Shown here piece after piece: positions 21,309 to 24,000 of a stretch of DNA of 24,000 bases. The stretch is taken from contig JBKHDX010000008.1 in the NCBI GenBank assembly GCA_046541115.1, positions 16,370-40,369 on the forward strand, written 5' to 3'. This stretch comes from Spirulinaceae cyanobacterium. Lineage in GTDB: Bacteria; Cyanobacteriota; Cyanobacteriia; Cyanobacteriales; Spirulinaceae. Numbering within the stretch: the stretch's first letter is position 1; each line of letters opens with the position of its first letter. The notes beneath the pieces were generated by a model. The model had not been told where the DNA came from. It saw nothing but the letters and a program-made list of their open reading frames with translations, and ran no database searches. The translations under genes and the position numbers were made by a program.

Positions 21309-21483
21309 CCTTTCTCGTCTGAGGTTTTGGCGGCAAAGCTTGGCTTTCATTTAAGGTTCTTTAAATTTTTTGGGGTTTCAAGCACAATCGCCACAAAACA
21401 ACGCTTTGTTTGAAATTCTAAGAAAATTCTATCTTTCAAAATTTTTGCGATTGACTCAACTTTAGTTAGGAGACACCGAAAGT

Positions 21484-21687
21484 ATGCGTATGTTTAAAGT
21501 GACCGCTTGCGTACCGAGCCAAACTCGGATTAGAACGCAACGGGAATTACAAAATACTTATTTTACCAAGCTCGTTCCCTACGATAACTGGTTTCGCGAG
21601 CAACAACGGATCATGAAAATGGGCGGCACAATTGTCAAAGTTGAATTGGCAACCGGGAAACCTGGTGCGAATACAGGGTTACTGTAA
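21484..21687 (+). CDS. apcC: Phycobilisome core linker LC7.8
   Basis: MRMFKVTACVPSQTRIRTQRELQNTYFTKLVPYDNWFREQQRIMKMGG is canonical ApcC at 67 aa. AGGAGA precedes the ATG. Confidence 0.95.
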   Translation: MRMFKVTACVPSQTRIRTQRELQNTYFTKLVPYDNWFREQQRIMKMGGTIVKVELATGKPGANTGLL

Positions 21688-21712
21688 GATCGAGTTGACT
21701 TATATTTCAGCG

Positions 21713-21741
21713 AAAAAGAGGTCGGTGACGGCCTCTTTTTT
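21713..21741 (+). terminator. Rho-independent terminator of apcABC
   Basis: AAAAAGAGGTCG-GTGA-CGGCCTCTTTTTT forms a GC-containing stem with one G-U pair and a GTGA tetraloop, followed by a T6 run. It lies 26 nt after the apcC stop. Confidence 0.8.
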
Positions 21742-21853
21742 CGATCGGGCCAACCCGATCGAAACTGAAAAAGATACCGAAAGATTTGGCGATCGCGAAA
21801 GAAGGTTGGTACGATCGCCGTTAATGTCTGGCCTATGCGGCTACTGATGAGTT

Positions 21854-23128
21854 ATGCGATCGCGCCTCTTTTCCCCGATGCCTGATAGGGCGACAAACAT
21901 CTCCAAAGTCTCGCTTCTCCTGCCTTATGTGTTTCCCTTCTTCGATCCAGAAGTCAGAAATTGGTCCCTAACGGCCCGTTTGCTGCGCTGGCTAACCTTA
22001 GTTTGGCTGTTGGTGGGGTTAGTGGTCTTATTTTCTGCCTCTTACCCCGTAGCAGATGCCGAATATGGAGACGGCTTGTATTACTTCAAACGGCAACTAA
22101 TTTGGATTTACCTGGGTTTACTCGGATTTAACTTTTGCGCTCGCGTACCGTTACGGTCAGCGTTGAAAATGGCTAGAATTTTCATGCTGATTTGCTTGGG
22201 GTTAATCGTAATGACCTTAATTCCCGGTTTGGGTATGACCGTGAATGGGGCAACCCGTTGGGTAGCAATTGGCTCATTTCCCCTTCAGCCTTCAGAATTG
22301 ATCAAGCCTTTTTTAGTCTTGCAAAGTGCAGTGGTGTTTGGACGATGGTCACAACTGCGAAATCGCGATCGCCTATTGTGGCTTGGTTTATTTGCGATGT
22401 TACTCGGCTGTATCTTACTGCAACCCAACCTCAGTACCGCCGCTTTGTGTGGCTTAACGTTGTGGATGATTGCCTTAGCTGCCGGATTGCCGTTACTGCA
22501 TCTCGGTAGTACCGCCATTGGCGGCTTTCTCCTCGGTACGCTTAGTATTAGTGTGCGGGAATATCAGCAACGACGGGTCATGTCCTTTCTCGATCCTTGG
22601 GCAGACCCCATGGGGGACGGCTATCAGTTAATTCAAAGTTTACTGGCTGTCGGCTCAGGAGAAACCTGGGGGGCCGGTTTTGGTTTATCGCAACAAAAAC
22701 TGTTTTATCTGCCCATTCAATACACAGACTTTATTTTTGCCGTTTTTGCCGAAGAATTTGGTTTTGCCGGGAGTATAGCCTTACTCACCCTGCTGGCGGT
22801 TTATGCCACGATCGCGTTAGTGGTTGCCCTCAAATCCATCGACCCAGTGAAAAAGTTAGTGGCGATAGGAGCAATGGTGTTATTAGTCGGACAGTCTTTG
22901 ATTAATATTGGAGTCGCAACCGCGGCATTACCCACTACAGGTTTACCCTTACCTTTATTTAGCTATGGCGGCAGTTCTGCGATCGCGAGTTTAGTTCTCG
23001 CGGGCTTATTAGTTCGCGCCGCCCGGGAAAGCAACGAAGCACCGGTTGTCTCCTTGGGCGATCGCCATCCTCAGACGACATCAGCTACCCGTAACACCCC
23101 GAAACATCCCCTCAGACGAGTGAAATAG
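21854..23128 (+). CDS. ftsW: FtsW/RodA/SpoVE (SEDS) family protein, probably cell-division FtsW
   Basis: About 10 hydrophobic segments are present. RWV..G....QPSE..K, GQSLINIGVA...LPTTGLPLPLFSYGGSS is the SEDS signature. The FtsW versus RodA call is by resemblance only, and the start (ATG at 21854 versus the downstream Met) is uncertain. Confidence 0.8.
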   Translation: MRSRLFSPMPDRATNISKVSLLLPYVFPFFDPEVRNWSLTARLLRWLTLVWLLVGLVVLFSASYPVADAEYGDGLYYFKRQLIWIYLGLLGFNFCARVPLRSALKMARIFMLICLGLIVMTLIPGLGMTVNGATRWVAIGSFPLQPSELIKPFLVLQSAVVFGRWSQLRNRDRLLWLGLFAMLLGCILLQPNLSTAALCGLTLWMIALAAGLPLLHLGSTAIGGFLLGTLSISVREYQQRRVMSFLDPWADPMGDGYQLIQSLLAVGSGETWGAGFGLSQQKLFYLPIQYTDFIFAVFAEEFGFAGSIALLTLLAVYATIALVVALKSIDPVKKLVAIGAMVLLVGQSLINIGVATAALPTTGLPLPLFSYGGSSAIASLVLAGLLVRAARESNEAPVVSLGDRHPQTTSATRNTPKHPLRRVK

Positions 23129-23133
23129 TATCT

Positions 23134-24000
23134 ATGGCAGCACCAACCCTCTACGAGCAAATTCAACAGTTTTACGACGCATCAAGCTTGCTGTGGGAGC
23201 AAATTTGGGGCGAACACATGCACCACGGCTACTACGGCCCCAACGGCACTTACAAACGGGAGCGACGACAAGCCCAAATCGCCCTCATCGAAGAGCTATT
23301 AACCTGGGCAGAAGTCGAACACCCCCAAACCATTCTCGATGTCGGTTGTGGTATTGGGGGCAGTACCCTACACCTGGCCGCCAAATATAACGCCCGCGCT
23401 ACAGGCATTACCCTCAGCCCCGTACAAGCGACCAGAGGGCAAGAACGAGCCGAGATAATGGATTTAGACTTGAGGGTACAGTTTGAGGTGGCCAACGCCC
23501 TAGAAATGCCCTTTGACGATGATTCCTTTGACTTGGTGTGGTCTCTTGAAAGTGGCGAACATATGCCGGACAAAGAGAAGTTTATCCGCGAGTGTTATCG
23601 CGTTCTCAAGCCGGGTGGTAAACTCATCATTGCCACCTGGTGTCATCGTCCCACCCACTCGGTTGCAGGAGAACTTACCCCTGCCGAACAACAACACCTC
23701 GAAGAAATTTATCGGGTGTATTGTTTACCTTATGTTCTTTCTTTGCCTGAATACGAGGCGATCGCGCAAGCCTGTGGCCTCAAAAATCTACGCAGTGCCG
23801 ATTGGTCTGAAGCGGTTGCGCCCTTTTGGGATATTGTGATCGATTCTGCCCTTAATCCTGAAGCGGTTGTGGGCTTGTTGCGATCGGGTTGGGAAACCAT
23901 CGAAGCCGCCCTTTCTTTAAATTTAATGAGTCGCGGCTATGAGACGGGTTTGGTTCGTTTTGGTCTTTTGTGCGGCACTAAAACCCCTGAGAGGGAGTAG
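23134..24000 (+). CDS. Gamma-tocopherol methyltransferase homologue (class I SAM methyltransferase)
   Basis: LYE.I..FYD.SS.LWE..WGEHMHHGYYGP.GTY...RRQAQI.LI.ELL.WA, ILDVGCGIGGS, WSLESGEHMP.K and YCLPYV.SLP.YEAIA closely match my memory of Synechocystis Slr0089. It starts 5 nt after the ftsW stop, and its stop TAG is at 23998-24000. Confidence 0.8.
   Translation: MAAPTLYEQIQQFYDASSLLWEQIWGEHMHHGYYGPNGTYKRERRQAQIALIEELLTWAEVEHPQTILDVGCGIGGSTLHLAAKYNARATGITLSPVQATRGQERAEIMDLDLRVQFEVANALEMPFDDDSFDLVWSLESGEHMPDKEKFIRECYRVLKPGGKLIIATWCHRPTHSVAGELTPAEQQHLEEIYRVYCLPYVLSLPEYEAIAQACGLKNLRSADWSEAVAPFWDIVIDSALNPEAVVGLLRSGWETIEAALSLNLMSRGYETGLVRFGLLCGTKTPERE

Noticed and set aside
21186-21413. A 75-aa plus-strand ORF in the apcB-apcC spacer.
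   Set aside because: It has a TTG start with no ribosome-binding site, and its product is basic and low-complexity. The region is better explained by RNA secondary structure.

Overview
This is a cyanobacterial chromosomal core region. The evidence is the HIP1 octamer GCGATCGC (about 37 copies by hand count), phycobilisome genes, a cyanobacterial-type atp1 operon and ycf54. Left to right the window holds: a 5'-truncated GGDEF-EAL gene; a VOC/glyoxalase plus zinc-ribbon hypothetical pair (-); a gamma-carbonic-anhydrase-like protein; a repeat-bracketed 84-codon ORF; pdxJ; ycf54; a secreted protein with two SPOR-like repeats; a DUF212/PAP2-like membrane protein; crtE; folD; a plant-type ferredoxin; an AT-rich PsiE-like gene; the 8-gene ATP synthase operon (protein I, a, c, b', b, delta, alpha, gamma, all on -); a SAM methyltransferase (-); apcE (three REP domains) and apcA-apcB-apcC (+); ftsW; and a gamma-tocopherol methyltransferase homologue. 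I found no tRNA or rRNA, CRISPR array, transposase, integrase, toxin-antitoxin pair or recognisable defence or accessory island. I do not see a convincing new multi-gene system here. The gene calls leave several things unexplained. (1) A dispersed, modular family of 7-nt tandem-repeat arrays (STRR-like) sits at gene boundaries and shares 13- and 19-nt identical cores between distant inverted copies. (2) Perfect long hairpins lie between cistrons of the atp operon. (3) The 322-nt apcB-apcC spacer is heavily structured. (4) Kilobase-scale HIP1-free stretches coincide with apc and F0 genes. (5) A few poorly characterised small or secreted proteins are present. All functional statements come from motif recognition by eye, with no database search.
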